NCBI GenBank assembly: GCA_038204425.1
Contig: JBBRCZ010000001.1
Span: 480,001-544,000, forward strand
Origin: Spirochaetia bacterium
Lineage (GTDB): Bacteria; Spirochaetota; Spirochaetia; DSM-27196; Salinispiraceae
Reading direction: 5' to 3'
Length of the DNA stretch: 64,000 bases
Part shown: one piece after another, positions 11,022 to 20,113 of the stretch
Layout: each line of letters begins with the position of its first letter
Position numbering within the stretch: the stretch's first letter is position 1
Made by a program: the position numbers and the translations under genes
Notes under the pieces: generated by a model
What the model was told of the DNA's origin: nothing
Databases searched by the model: none
Seen by the model: the letters and a program-made list of their open reading frames with translations, nothing else

Positions 11022-12604
11022 ACAAAAAAATAGCCATATTTGATACTACTTTGCGTGATGGCATGCAGGGTATAGAAATTAACTACACACTCGATGACAA
11101 GCTACAAATCGCCCAAGCCCTCGACGATATTGGCATTGATTATATTGAGGGCGGGTTTCCTCTGGCCAATGAAAAAGAAGCAGCGTTTTTTGAGGCTTGC
11201 AAAAACATACGATTTAAGAACTCTCGCATTGCGGCTTTTGGCAGCACGCGGAAACCAAGCACTAGTGCCAGCGATGACCCTATGTTGCGTGCCCTACTCG
11301 ACGCTCAAACTCAAACCGTCGTGATTGTAGGAAAAACCTGGAAGGCGCACGTTAGCAAGGTGCTTGGCACCAGTGTTGAAGAGAATCTAAAGATGATAGA
11401 AGACAGCGTGCACTTTCTAAAAAAGGAAGGCCGAGAGGTCATCTTTGATCTTGAGCATTTCTTTGATGGATATAAAGATGACCCCGACTATGCCAAACAA
11501 GTTTTGTTGACCGCGAGTGCTGCAGGTGCCGATGTACTGGTTCCTTGCGATACTAACGGTGGCACATTGCCGCAAGAAGTAGAAAAAATCTATCGGGATT
11601 TAGCAATGGTTAAAGGCTTGGTGGCACTTGGCGGCCATTTTCACAATGACTGCGGGACAGCCGTCGCCAACAGCATTATTGCCGTTAGCGAAGGCGCGGT
11701 CCATATCCAAGGCACCATCAATGGCTGGGGGGAGCGCACTGGAAACGCCAATTTGTGCGCGATTATGCCCAACCTTGTGCTCAAAATGCATCACCAAGCC
11801 ACCTGTGCACCACACCTAAATAAACTCACTAGTCTGTCGCGCTTTGTCGCCGAAAAAGCCAATATTATCCCAGACAAAAGGCAACCCTATGTTGGCGTTG
11901 CGAGTTTTTCGCACAAAGCTGGACAACACGCTGACGTTATAATTAAGGCAGCCCATTTAATGGAACACCTTGATGCTTCCTTAGTCGGCAATGAACGTCA
12001 ACTACTAGTCAGTGAGCTGGCTGGCAAGGCTACCGTGATGGAAAAGATGAAGAGGTACGGGTCGTTTGCAAAGAATGATGCGGTCATAGCAAAAATTTCT
12101 CAGGTCTTAAAAGAAAAAGAAAGCGCTGGTTACGAATACGAAGCTGCAGAAGCAAGCTTTGATTTAATTATGCGTCGAGCTTTGTCGATCTATCGACCTT
12201 TGATCAACCTCAAAAATTACCACCTCGAGTCTTTTAAGACGGCGGACAGTCAGTCCAAGACGGTCGGTCGTATGTTTCTTACCAGTAATAACAAAGAACT
12301 TATGGGAGCCGCTGTTGGCGTTGGACCAGTTCAAACATTAGACGGCGCTATGCGCGACGCTCTGAGTGCCCACTTTCCTTTTATTGCCGGCATAACCCTA
12401 ACCGACTACCGTGTACGTGTGCTCAACCCTGAGTCGGCTTCTGCAGCCAAGGTAAGGGTTTTTATCACTTCAAGCGACAAGATCCATTCTTGGGGAACCG
12501 TTGGCGTTAACGAAAATATCATAGAAGCTTCATGGGAGGCACTTGTTGACAGTCTTGAATATTACTACAACAATTTTGTGCCTGAGTCCCACAAAGGTCT
12601 TTGA
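11018..12604 (+). CDS. cimA: Citramalate synthase
   Basis: DTTLRDGMQG, YIEGGFP, AFGST, EHFFDG, CDTNGG, WGTVGVNENIIEASWEAL. ATGA overlap with leuA. Confidence 0.88.
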   Translation: MNKKIAIFDTTLRDGMQGIEINYTLDDKLQIAQALDDIGIDYIEGGFPLANEKEAAFFEACKNIRFKNSRIAAFGSTRKPSTSASDDPMLRALLDAQTQTVVIVGKTWKAHVSKVLGTSVEENLKMIEDSVHFLKKEGREVIFDLEHFFDGYKDDPDYAKQVLLTASAAGADVLVPCDTNGGTLPQEVEKIYRDLAMVKGLVALGGHFHNDCGTAVANSIIAVSEGAVHIQGTINGWGERTGNANLCAIMPNLVLKMHHQATCAPHLNKLTSLSRFVAEKANIIPDKRQPYVGVASFSHKAGQHADVIIKAAHLMEHLDASLVGNERQLLVSELAGKATVMEKMKRYGSFAKNDAVIAKISQVLKEKESAGYEYEAAEASFDLIMRRALSIYRPLINLKNYHLESFKTADSQSKTVGRMFLTSNNKELMGAAVGVGPVQTLDGAMRDALSAHFPFIAGITLTDYRVRVLNPESASAAKVRVFITSSDKIHSWGTVGVNENIIEASWEALVDSLEYYYNNFVPESHKGL

Positions 12605-12621
12605 TCGCAAGGTCCGAGAGT

Positions 12622-14016
12622 CTAGTTTCCGATCATACTGCGCGGATCAAGCAAGGTATCAAGTTCTGCTTCACCAATAAGTCCAGTCTCAAGCACCACT
12701 TCTCTAATTTTTCTTTTTTGCTTAAAGGCCTTATACGCCAGTTCGGCCGCCTTATCATAACCAATACGGGCATTCAATGGTGTTACCAGTGCAAGAGACC
12801 AGTCTATCCACCATGCACAACGTTCTTCATCGGCCTTGATGCCATCAATGCAAGTACTTGCAAGCGCTTTACATGCATTCTGAAGCAAGTTTAAACTCTC
12901 AACAACTTCCATGCCAATCAAGGGGTTCATCATGTTGAGTTGTAGCGGCGCATTTTGTCCGCCGATGCTAACAGAAAGCACCTTGCCACTAACATGAGCC
13001 GCCACCTGGATCACCATTTCGGGAATTACAGGATTGACCTTACCTGGCATAATACTTGAACCTGGTTGCAAAGATGGCAGCTCAATTTCTCCCAAGGCAC
13101 CACGTGGGCCAGACGCCAGAAGCCTGAGGTCGTTGGCAATCTTTAACAAACTTACACAAAGTGTGTTGAGGCTGCCCATCAATTGAACCTGAGCATCGCG
13201 AGCAGCAATTTGCTCAAATTTGTCAGGTGCTACTTTGAACGGCAGTGCGCTGGACTTAGCGATACCGGCAACAGTCTTTTGAGCAAAATCAGGATGGCAG
13301 TTGAGGCCAGTTCCTATGGCAGTACCACCGAGTGGCAGTTCCTCCAAGTCGCTGAGGCAAGATTGGATACGCTTTTTTGCTTTTTGAATCTGGACAGCAA
13401 AAGCTCCAAATTCTTGTCCAAGCGTCATCGGGACTGCATCCTGCAAATGGGTTCGACCGAGCTTAATAATTGTAGAAAACTGCTTAGATTTTTCAGTTAA
13501 ACTACTGGCGAGAAGTTCCAGTGCTGCGATCAAGCCTTGGGCAGTTTGGCGGCTAGCAATCTGAACCACACTAGGAATGACATCGTTTGAGCTCTGCCCT
13601 TTATTGACGTGATCGTTGGGATGAACTGGACTTCGACTTCCCAAAGGAGAACCTAGAATCTCATTGGCACGATTGGCAATCACTTCATTGGCGTTCATAT
13701 TACTTGACGTACCTGAGCCAGTTTGAAACACGTCGACAGGAAAATGCTCGTCCCATTTGCCATCGGCAACTTCACTAGCTGCTTGGGCGATGGCATGTGC
13801 TACATCGGGCTTGAGCAGTCCCAAAGCGAGGTTGGCAAGCGCAGCTTCCTTTTTTACCAAGCCAAGAGCGCGTATCATAGCAACAGGAAGTGCTTTGCCT
13901 GAGATGACAAAGTTATCAATGGCTCGTTGGGTTTGTGCACCCCAATAGGCCCAGTCAGGAACCTTCACCAGCCCCATGCTGTCTGGTTCGTCTCGAAATA
14001 CAGCACTCTTTTGCAT
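12622..14016 (-). CDS. fumC: Class II fumarate hydratase
   Basis: YWGAQTQR, FQTGSGTSSNMNANE, GRTHLQDA, GSSIMPGKVNP. Likely start ATG 14016. Confidence 0.92.
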   Translation of the reverse strand: MQKSAVFRDEPDSMGLVKVPDWAYWGAQTQRAIDNFVISGKALPVAMIRALGLVKKEAALANLALGLLKPDVAHAIAQAASEVADGKWDEHFPVDVFQTGSGTSSNMNANEVIANRANEILGSPLGSRSPVHPNDHVNKGQSSNDVIPSVVQIASRQTAQGLIAALELLASSLTEKSKQFSTIIKLGRTHLQDAVPMTLGQEFGAFAVQIQKAKKRIQSCLSDLEELPLGGTAIGTGLNCHPDFAQKTVAGIAKSSALPFKVAPDKFEQIAARDAQVQLMGSLNTLCVSLLKIANDLRLLASGPRGALGEIELPSLQPGSSIMPGKVNPVIPEMVIQVAAHVSGKVLSVSIGGQNAPLQLNMMNPLIGMEVVESLNLLQNACKALASTCIDGIKADEERCAWWIDWSLALVTPLNARIGYDKAAELAYKAFKQKRKIREVVLETGLIGEAELDTLLDPRSMIGN

Positions 14017-14101
14017 ATACAACCTTCCAATATTAAAAATTTTTAGACTTCTATCTTGGCAGTAAATACCGACCGTACGACATCGGTCAATATATCGTCG
14101 T

Positions 14102-14151
14102 TTTATTTGAAACAACTGACACTGTTTATTCAAAACAACTGACATTGTCAG
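14102..14151. repeat. Tandem 23-bp repeat (20/23 identical) plus palindrome CTGACATTGTCAG in the divergent fumC/kinase intergenic region
   Basis: TTTATTTGAAACAACTGACACTG (14102-14124) and TTTATTCAAAACAACTGACATTG (14125-14147). Confidence 0.6.
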
Positions 14152-14198
14152 ATTTTTTTGCGTATACTAAAATGACACATAGAGGGAGTAAAATCTGA

Positions 14199-15731
14199 TT
14201 GAAACTTGTTAAAGGCTTAGTTGGAGTACTGGTTTTACTGTGCCTGCTTAGTCTATTTCTTATCAACCATGAAGCAGCTAGAGCCGAAACCAATTTAAAG
14301 TCGTTAAAAATATCCGTACAAAAATTTAGGTCCGATTGGATCCAAAGTTTACTAAGTCTCAAAAACATACTCTTAGCGAATGAGCCGCTTGAGGACTTGA
14401 TTGCACATTGCACCCATAGAAGCCAAGCCTTAACAGACGTAAAATCACAGTTTGATCAACAAGTCGGCTGGTACTATGGCGGCAAAGAGCGCGTTGGGCA
14501 GTACCTCGATATTTTTCGCGAAAGCATCCTCTATGGCAAACAAAAAGTTGATGCTGCGATTACACTGGCGCAAAAACTAATCACTGAAAGTGATCTACCA
14601 AATGAACTTTCTCAAGGACGCAACAGTCTAAGCGAAACCTTAAGACGTCGCGGACTAGATGAACTAGGACCCAAGAGCCAAAGAGCGTTTTGGCTCTTGG
14701 TAAAAGAAATTGACAATTTTAACTTCTTCGATGAAACAAATAATGAAAAAGGGTACGAGCAGCTAATTATGGCCATAGATGAACGAACTCAAAATGAGAA
14801 CATATTCTTTTGGATGTTGCGCGTACTTGCTATATCTATTGGCATTTCCGCAACGTGCAGTTTGCTGTACTTATTTTACAAGAGCAATCAGTCATTACAT
14901 GGCATGGTGAAACAAACCTCCAAGGAGCTGTCTCAAACCCGTGACGTCTTGCAAATCAAGGAAGACCAGCTTTCGGATGCGCGTTATAATAAAGTATTAT
15001 TTGAACTTACAGTGGCCATTTCCAATGAAATAAACACCCCACTAGGAAACTGTATTACTTTGATGAGTTACTTAAGTTACAAACACGAAGACCTCTACCT
15101 TGATTTCCTAAAAAATGAAGTCTCAAAATCCAGCTTGCACGATTTCTTTAAGCTAGGATCGGAGAGTTTTGAAAGACTAAACATCAACCTTCATCGTATG
15201 AGAGATCAGATTAACAGTTTTAAAAAGCTTTCTGCTCATCAAATGCAAATATTAGTACAGGACCTGGATCCTTCACAATATTTTAGCACACTTGCCGAGG
15301 AACTTAGAATAAAGGCTCAGACTCGTGGTGTTAGGTTTTCTGCTAACATGGAATCGGGAATAAGAATTAAAACCTACGGTGAAAACGTTCGTTCAATGTT
15401 GGTCCAGCTTTTTGAGAACAGTATGCAACATGCTTTTCCTGAGGGAAAAAATGGTGAGATCTTTATGCAAGTTTCTATTTCCAAAAAAGGTTTGGAAATT
15501 GAGTTTAGAGATGATGGGCAAGGTGTCCCTCTAGAATCACTTGAGCAGCTCGCGCAGCCTTTTTACACCAGTGCTCGTTTTAAAGGCAACATGGGACTTG
15601 GCCTGTCAATAATTCAATCAATGGCAGTTTACCGACTAAAAGGAAGCTTTAAGGTGCTACGGCTTAACCCAGGTCTTGCCGTCTACCTGAGCATTCCTGC
15701 GGCAAGCAATCAAGAGCCGATCCAGAGCTAA
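14199..15731 (+). CDS. Membrane sensor histidine-kinase-like protein lacking the phospho-acceptor His
   Basis: Two TM segments. H-box reads ISNEINTPLG. N/G1/F/G2 boxes present (ENSMQHAF, DDGQG, PFYT, GLGL). Confidence 0.85.
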   Translation: MKLVKGLVGVLVLLCLLSLFLINHEAARAETNLKSLKISVQKFRSDWIQSLLSLKNILLANEPLEDLIAHCTHRSQALTDVKSQFDQQVGWYYGGKERVGQYLDIFRESILYGKQKVDAAITLAQKLITESDLPNELSQGRNSLSETLRRRGLDELGPKSQRAFWLLVKEIDNFNFFDETNNEKGYEQLIMAIDERTQNENIFFWMLRVLAISIGISATCSLLYLFYKSNQSLHGMVKQTSKELSQTRDVLQIKEDQLSDARYNKVLFELTVAISNEINTPLGNCITLMSYLSYKHEDLYLDFLKNEVSKSSLHDFFKLGSESFERLNINLHRMRDQINSFKKLSAHQMQILVQDLDPSQYFSTLAEELRIKAQTRGVRFSANMESGIRIKTYGENVRSMLVQLFENSMQHAFPEGKNGEIFMQVSISKKGLEIEFRDDGQGVPLESLEQLAQPFYTSARFKGNMGLGLSIIQSMAVYRLKGSFKVLRLNPGLAVYLSIPAASNQEPIQS

Positions 15732-15781
15732 CAACTTGCAATAAATAACCAATTAGAAACTGAGGAAAAAACCCGATAGTG

Positions 15782-15838
15782 CAGACAAAGCACCTTGTAA
15801 GCCAAAGCTTTGTCTGGTATCTTAATTGAGATAAGATA
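15782..15838. promoter_or_regulatory. Inverted repeats upstream of the cys operon
   Basis: CAGACAAAGC-N15-GCTTTGTCTG (15782-15816), followed by the near-palindrome TATCTTAATTGAGATA. Confidence 0.4.
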
Positions 15839-15858
15839 GTATTATAGAAGAGAGAAGC

Positions 15859-16671
15859 ATGGATACAAAATCAGACTTGGAAACATTGCAACGACAATCT
15901 CGAGACTTTGACACTGAAACGTTTCTAGCATGGTCGCTAGAACGATTTTCTTCTCATTCGGGCACGAGTCTTTCTTTTGCTACTAGTCTTGGCGCCGAAG
16001 ACCAAGTACTACTTTGGCTCTTGCAGAAAGTCACTGCACAAAATTCTGAAGCTCATATATATCGTAAGAATTTGGAAGTTTTTAGCTTGGATACTGGTCG
16101 ACTACCAGAAGAAACGTACTCCCTACTGCACGAGAATCGTAGCTTTTTTGAGCTTCCCATTGTTCCCTATTTTCCCTTACATCAGGCTGTCGAATCAATG
16201 ATTGCTAAACACGGTGTAAATCTCTTTTATGAATCCATAGAATTACGCAAATCATGTTGCTATGTCAGAAAGGTAGAGCCGCTCAAGAGGGCTTTGCTTG
16301 GCAAAAGCGCCTGGATTACCGGGCAAAGGCGGTCCCAGTCGGTAACAAGAAGCAAACTTGAGCGCATAGAGTGGGACGATGGTAATCAAATGTTTAAACT
16401 CAATCCACTTGCTGATTGGTCGAGCGCCCAAGTCTGGCAACTAATCAGAGAAAAAAAATTACCCTATAACAAGTTACACGACCAAGGCTATCCTAGCCTA
16501 GGCTGCGCTCCGTGCACTCGCGCGGTTACTGCCGGCGAAGACGAACGATCTGGTCGTTGGTGGTGGGAATCTCCGGAAAACAAAGAATGTGGCCTACATA
16601 TTGGCGAGCAAACAAAACCTGCCAAATTTGAAATTACCAAAATCTCAAGTGCCCAACTACTAGAAGAGTAA
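15859..16671 (+). CDS. cysH: APS/PAPS reductase (Fe-S type)
   Basis: LDTGRL, CC..RKVEPL, GYPSLGCAPCT, RSGRWWWE..KECGLH. Confidence 0.93.
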   Translation: MDTKSDLETLQRQSRDFDTETFLAWSLERFSSHSGTSLSFATSLGAEDQVLLWLLQKVTAQNSEAHIYRKNLEVFSLDTGRLPEETYSLLHENRSFFELPIVPYFPLHQAVESMIAKHGVNLFYESIELRKSCCYVRKVEPLKRALLGKSAWITGQRRSQSVTRSKLERIEWDDGNQMFKLNPLADWSSAQVWQLIREKKLPYNKLHDQGYPSLGCAPCTRAVTAGEDERSGRWWWESPENKECGLHIGEQTKPAKFEITKISSAQLLEE

Positions 16672-16699
16672 ACTATCTATAAAAGAATAAAGGAATGGT

Positions 16700-17533
16700 A
16701 TGGATCATCTAGACAAGCTAGAAGCTATTAGCGTTTTTATATTTAGGGAAGCATACCGTAGTTTTAAAAACTTGGCCATGTTGTGGTCAATAGGCAAGGA
16801 CTCTACCGTGCTTTTGTGGTTGGCACGAAAAGCCTTTTTTGGCCATGTTCCACTTCCTTTGGTACACATAGACACTGCCTTTAAGATCCCTGAGATGATC
16901 TGGGGGCAGAACACTAAAGCTTTGGAAAGCAAGCAAACCTTTCCTGATGGTGCAATCAACCGAGCAGCTTGCTGCGGTGCACTCAAAACAGAAGCACTCA
17001 AAAACACCTTGGCTGGTACTTGGACACGCTGGTGCATGGACCACGAAACTGGCCACTATCGTGTGGACAACAATACCAAACCGTATACCGGAGTAATTGT
17101 TGGAGCACGGGCCGACGAAGAAGGTTCGCGTAGCAAGGAACGTTACTTTTCTCCACGCGACAAACACAATGACTGGAATGTCGACGATCAACCTCCAGAA
17201 CTTTGGAACCAATTTAAGACCGATTTTGCCCCCGGGAGCCATGTAAGAATCCATCCCCTATTGGATTGGACTGAGCTCAATATTTGGGAGTATATTCAGA
17301 GAGAAACTATACCAATTGTTGATTTATACTTTGACCGAGGAGAAGGAACTCGTTATCGTTCTCTAGGCTGTTACCCCTGCACTAGCACCGTAAAATCAAA
17401 CGCAAAAAATGTGGAACAAATTATTGAAGAATTGCGCACGGGCAAATTTGCAAACATTGCCGAACGATCTGGCAGGGAACAAGACAAAGAAGGTGGTGGG
17501 CTAGAGCATCCTCGTCGTGGGGGTTACAGGTGA
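16700..17533 (+). pseudogene. cysD: Sulfate adenylyltransferase subunit 2 with an apparent in-frame deletion
   Basis: [25 protein letters not shown]. The conserved (E/Y)RD..A helix after KIPEMI is missing (PEMI|WGQN), and the C-terminus reads HPRRGGYR where homologues typically end LR..GYM/F. Confidence 0.7.
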
Positions 17534-17898
17534 GCAAGCCAACACTCAGTTTGCGAGAACAGTTTGATGTGGTAGTTGTGGGACACGTTGACCACGGCAA
17601 ATCCACGGTTATTGGACGCTTACTTGCCGACACTGGTAGTTTGCCCGAAGGCAAACTGGAGGCAGTTAGAGCAACATGTGAACGCAATTCTAAACCCTTT
17701 GAATACGCTTTTTTACTTGATGCACTGGAAAACGAACATCGACCCCATAGAACCATGACCATCAGTATTGGTCAGCATGACCTTAGTCAAGACTCGCTAG
17801 ACCTACAACTGGATGCCAAGCAAGACGACAAAGAACTCGTTAAGCAGATCAGCCAACACCTAGGCGATCATGATGTTTTGGTAGACTATGCACTCTAA
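17530..17898 (+). pseudogene. cysN: Sulfate adenylyltransferase subunit 1 remnant (N-terminus fused to a short tail)
   Basis: Only 122 aa: GHVDHGKST and [10 protein letters not shown], then an abrupt loss of GITID and the rest of the GTPase. Confidence 0.85.
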
Positions 17899-18436
17899 GC
17901 AGGCACGCTTTCTATTGCCAGTAAGTCTAGAAATAGACGGTGCTCATCTCATTTTTGTTGGTGGTGGCAGGGCAATCGAGAGGAAGATTAGCCAAGTACT
18001 GCAACTGATGCCGCAAGATATCGAAGCGTCAATGGTTCCTAGCATAACCATAGTTGCGCCGCAGATTCTAATAGCCATCAAAAATACTCTCCTAGCTGAC
18101 CAAAGAATGACTGGTAACTATAATTTGATTGAACGAGGTTTTAAACCTGACGATCTGGACCAATTACTTGGTCCAGACGTTTACCAACTGGTTTGGGCAA
18201 TGACTAGTGATTCATCGTTAAACCAGAGTATAGGCCAGCTTTGCCGGCACAAGGGTATTTGGTGCAATGCAAGTGGTAACCGTTCGTTTAGGCAAGGAGC
18301 AGTACTCAATCAAGCTGGATTCTTGTTAAACGTTCAAAGTCTAGATGGTGAACACCGTTTAGATGGCGCGCGCCCAGCTGCAGCAGGTGCGCTTCGAGAC
18401 AAAATAAAGGAATTTCTATGTACATGCCCTTTATGA
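17888..18436 (+). CDS. SirC/CysG N-terminal-like protein A (precorrin-2 dehydrogenase-like, NAD-binding motif kept)
   Basis: [29 protein letters not shown]...C...GIWCN. Confidence 0.65.
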   Translation: MHSKQARFLLPVSLEIDGAHLIFVGGGRAIERKISQVLQLMPQDIEASMVPSITIVAPQILIAIKNTLLADQRMTGNYNLIERGFKPDDLDQLLGPDVYQLVWAMTSDSSLNQSIGQLCRHKGIWCNASGNRSFRQGAVLNQAGFLLNVQSLDGEHRLDGARPAAAGALRDKIKEFLCTCPL

Positions 18437-19131
18437 TTCAGATCCGCAAGGCTGTTGTTTTTGCGGGGGAGCGCGGGGAGGGTTTGCAAAAGGTAGAAAA
18501 ACTCTCAATTTATGCCGACCAAGTTCTCGTGATCCCAGAAAAACATTGCGACTACCAGGAGATACTTTTTCCGGCCGGGCCAATAGTTCACGGGACTGAG
18601 ATTTTGGAATTTTCCAGCGCCAAAACAGCAAAAGTGCAGGCAAAAATTGCAAACAAAAACAACTACAAACAAGCCATCAAGGGTGCCGACTTTGTATGTT
18701 CTGATTTGCTTGACCGCAAACTCAACCAAAAAATATTCGCCTACTGCAAAAAGAAAGGTATCCGCTGCAACGTGATTGACACCAAAGATTTGTGCGACAC
18801 TTGGTTTATGAGCTTGATAGACGTACCAGGTATGTTGGTGGGAATTTCCAGCAAAGGCGGATGCGCCTATTACAGTAAACAGTCCCGACAAGAATTGCAT
18901 GAACAAATTCGTGCGCGCGGCCAAATGAGTTTGGCTTTGGTTGAAGTCAAAGAGTTCATAAAACAAGCAAACAATAAAATGGATGGCCCCACGTTGGGCC
19001 TGAGCGTGATCCCTACTCTGGCGAAGGTCTACAACGACCAAACATTTAGAAATTTTATGGCACGCGAGCAAAACCAAGATGCTCTTGAGTATGCCAGAAG
19101 TATAGTTGCTGCCCCCACAGGAGGACAATAA
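18418..19131 (+). CDS. SirC/CysG N-terminal-like protein B (dehydrogenase/ferrochelatase-like)
   Basis: DRKLNQKI..YC..KGIRCNVIDTKDLCD and VGISSKGG. The Gly-rich motif is atypical (AGERGEG). Confidence 0.65.
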   Translation: MYMPFMIQIRKAVVFAGERGEGLQKVEKLSIYADQVLVIPEKHCDYQEILFPAGPIVHGTEILEFSSAKTAKVQAKIANKNNYKQAIKGADFVCSDLLDRKLNQKIFAYCKKKGIRCNVIDTKDLCDTWFMSLIDVPGMLVGISSKGGCAYYSKQSRQELHEQIRARGQMSLALVEVKEFIKQANNKMDGPTLGLSVIPTLAKVYNDQTFRNFMAREQNQDALEYARSIVAAPTGGQ

Positions 19132-20069
19132 TGGCTAGCTCCCACGAAAATTTGCTAAGTTTGATAGGTGACACCCCATTAGTAAAGATTAGTCGTTGTT
19201 TTGTAGGCACTGCCGCTGCAAACGCTATAATCTGGGGCAAGTTAGAGAGCCTAAACCCTGGCGCAAGCGTTAAAGATAGAATTGCTTTGGCAATGATAGA
19301 GGCCGCCGAAAAAGAAGGACGAATCAAACCTGGCGACACTTTGATTGAACCAACTTCGGGAAATACCGGTATTGGTTTGGCCTGGGTGGGTGCCATAAAA
19401 GGCTACAAAGTCATTTTGACCATGCCTGAGTCTATGAGTATTGAACGTCGAAAGCTTTTACGTGCCTATGGAGCCGACATTGTCTTGACACCTGCGGTAG
19501 CAGGCATGCGCGGTGCCATTGGCAAAGCTGAACTATTGTTGGCAAGCATTAAGGGTTCGTTTATGCCCAGTCAGTTTTCCAATCCAGCCAACCCCGACGT
19601 ACATTACCGAACTACTGGGCCAGAAATTTGGCAGGCACTTGATGGTAAAGTAGACATATTGATAGCGGGAGTCGGAACCGGGGGCACTCTTAGCGGAGCT
19701 GGCCGCTTTCTCAAGGAAAAAAATCCTGCTGTAAAGATTGTCGCTGTAGAACCTGACTCATCGCAAGTGCTTGCGGGTGGCGAGGCCGGACCCCACATGA
19801 TCCAAGGTATTGGAGCTGGCTTTGTGCCGAGCAACTATCATCCAGCAGTTGTTGACGAAGTTATTGCAATAGCTAGCCGTCCAGCAATTGAAATGGCCAA
19901 AAAGGTTGCGCGTACTGACGGCCTTTTGGTCGGCATTAGTGCCGGCGGTAACGTCTTGGCGGCTAGTATGATAGCGTCACGACCAGAGAACAAAGGAAAG
20001 AATATCGTCACTATTTTGTGCGACACCGGTGAGCGCTACGTTTCAACGCTGCTTTTTCATGAAGACTAG
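19131..20069 (+). CDS. cysK: Cysteine synthase A
   Basis: KLESLNPGASVKDR (PLP Lys), EPTSGNTG, GVGTGGT, IQGIGAG, DTGERY. Confidence 0.96.
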   Translation: MASSHENLLSLIGDTPLVKISRCFVGTAAANAIIWGKLESLNPGASVKDRIALAMIEAAEKEGRIKPGDTLIEPTSGNTGIGLAWVGAIKGYKVILTMPESMSIERRKLLRAYGADIVLTPAVAGMRGAIGKAELLLASIKGSFMPSQFSNPANPDVHYRTTGPEIWQALDGKVDILIAGVGTGGTLSGAGRFLKEKNPAVKIVAVEPDSSQVLAGGEAGPHMIQGIGAGFVPSNYHPAVVDEVIAIASRPAIEMAKKVARTDGLLVGISAGGNVLAASMIASRPENKGKNIVTILCDTGERYVSTLLFHED

Positions 20070-20113
20070 GTACCCGTATCAATTAAAAGCAAGAGCTATA
20101 ACAGGAGTCCAGA

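Noticed and set aside
9426..14145. Extended starts for leuA (9426), cimA (10964) and fumC (14145)
   Set aside because: Family similarity and RBS or overlap evidence begin at 9486, 11018 and 14016.
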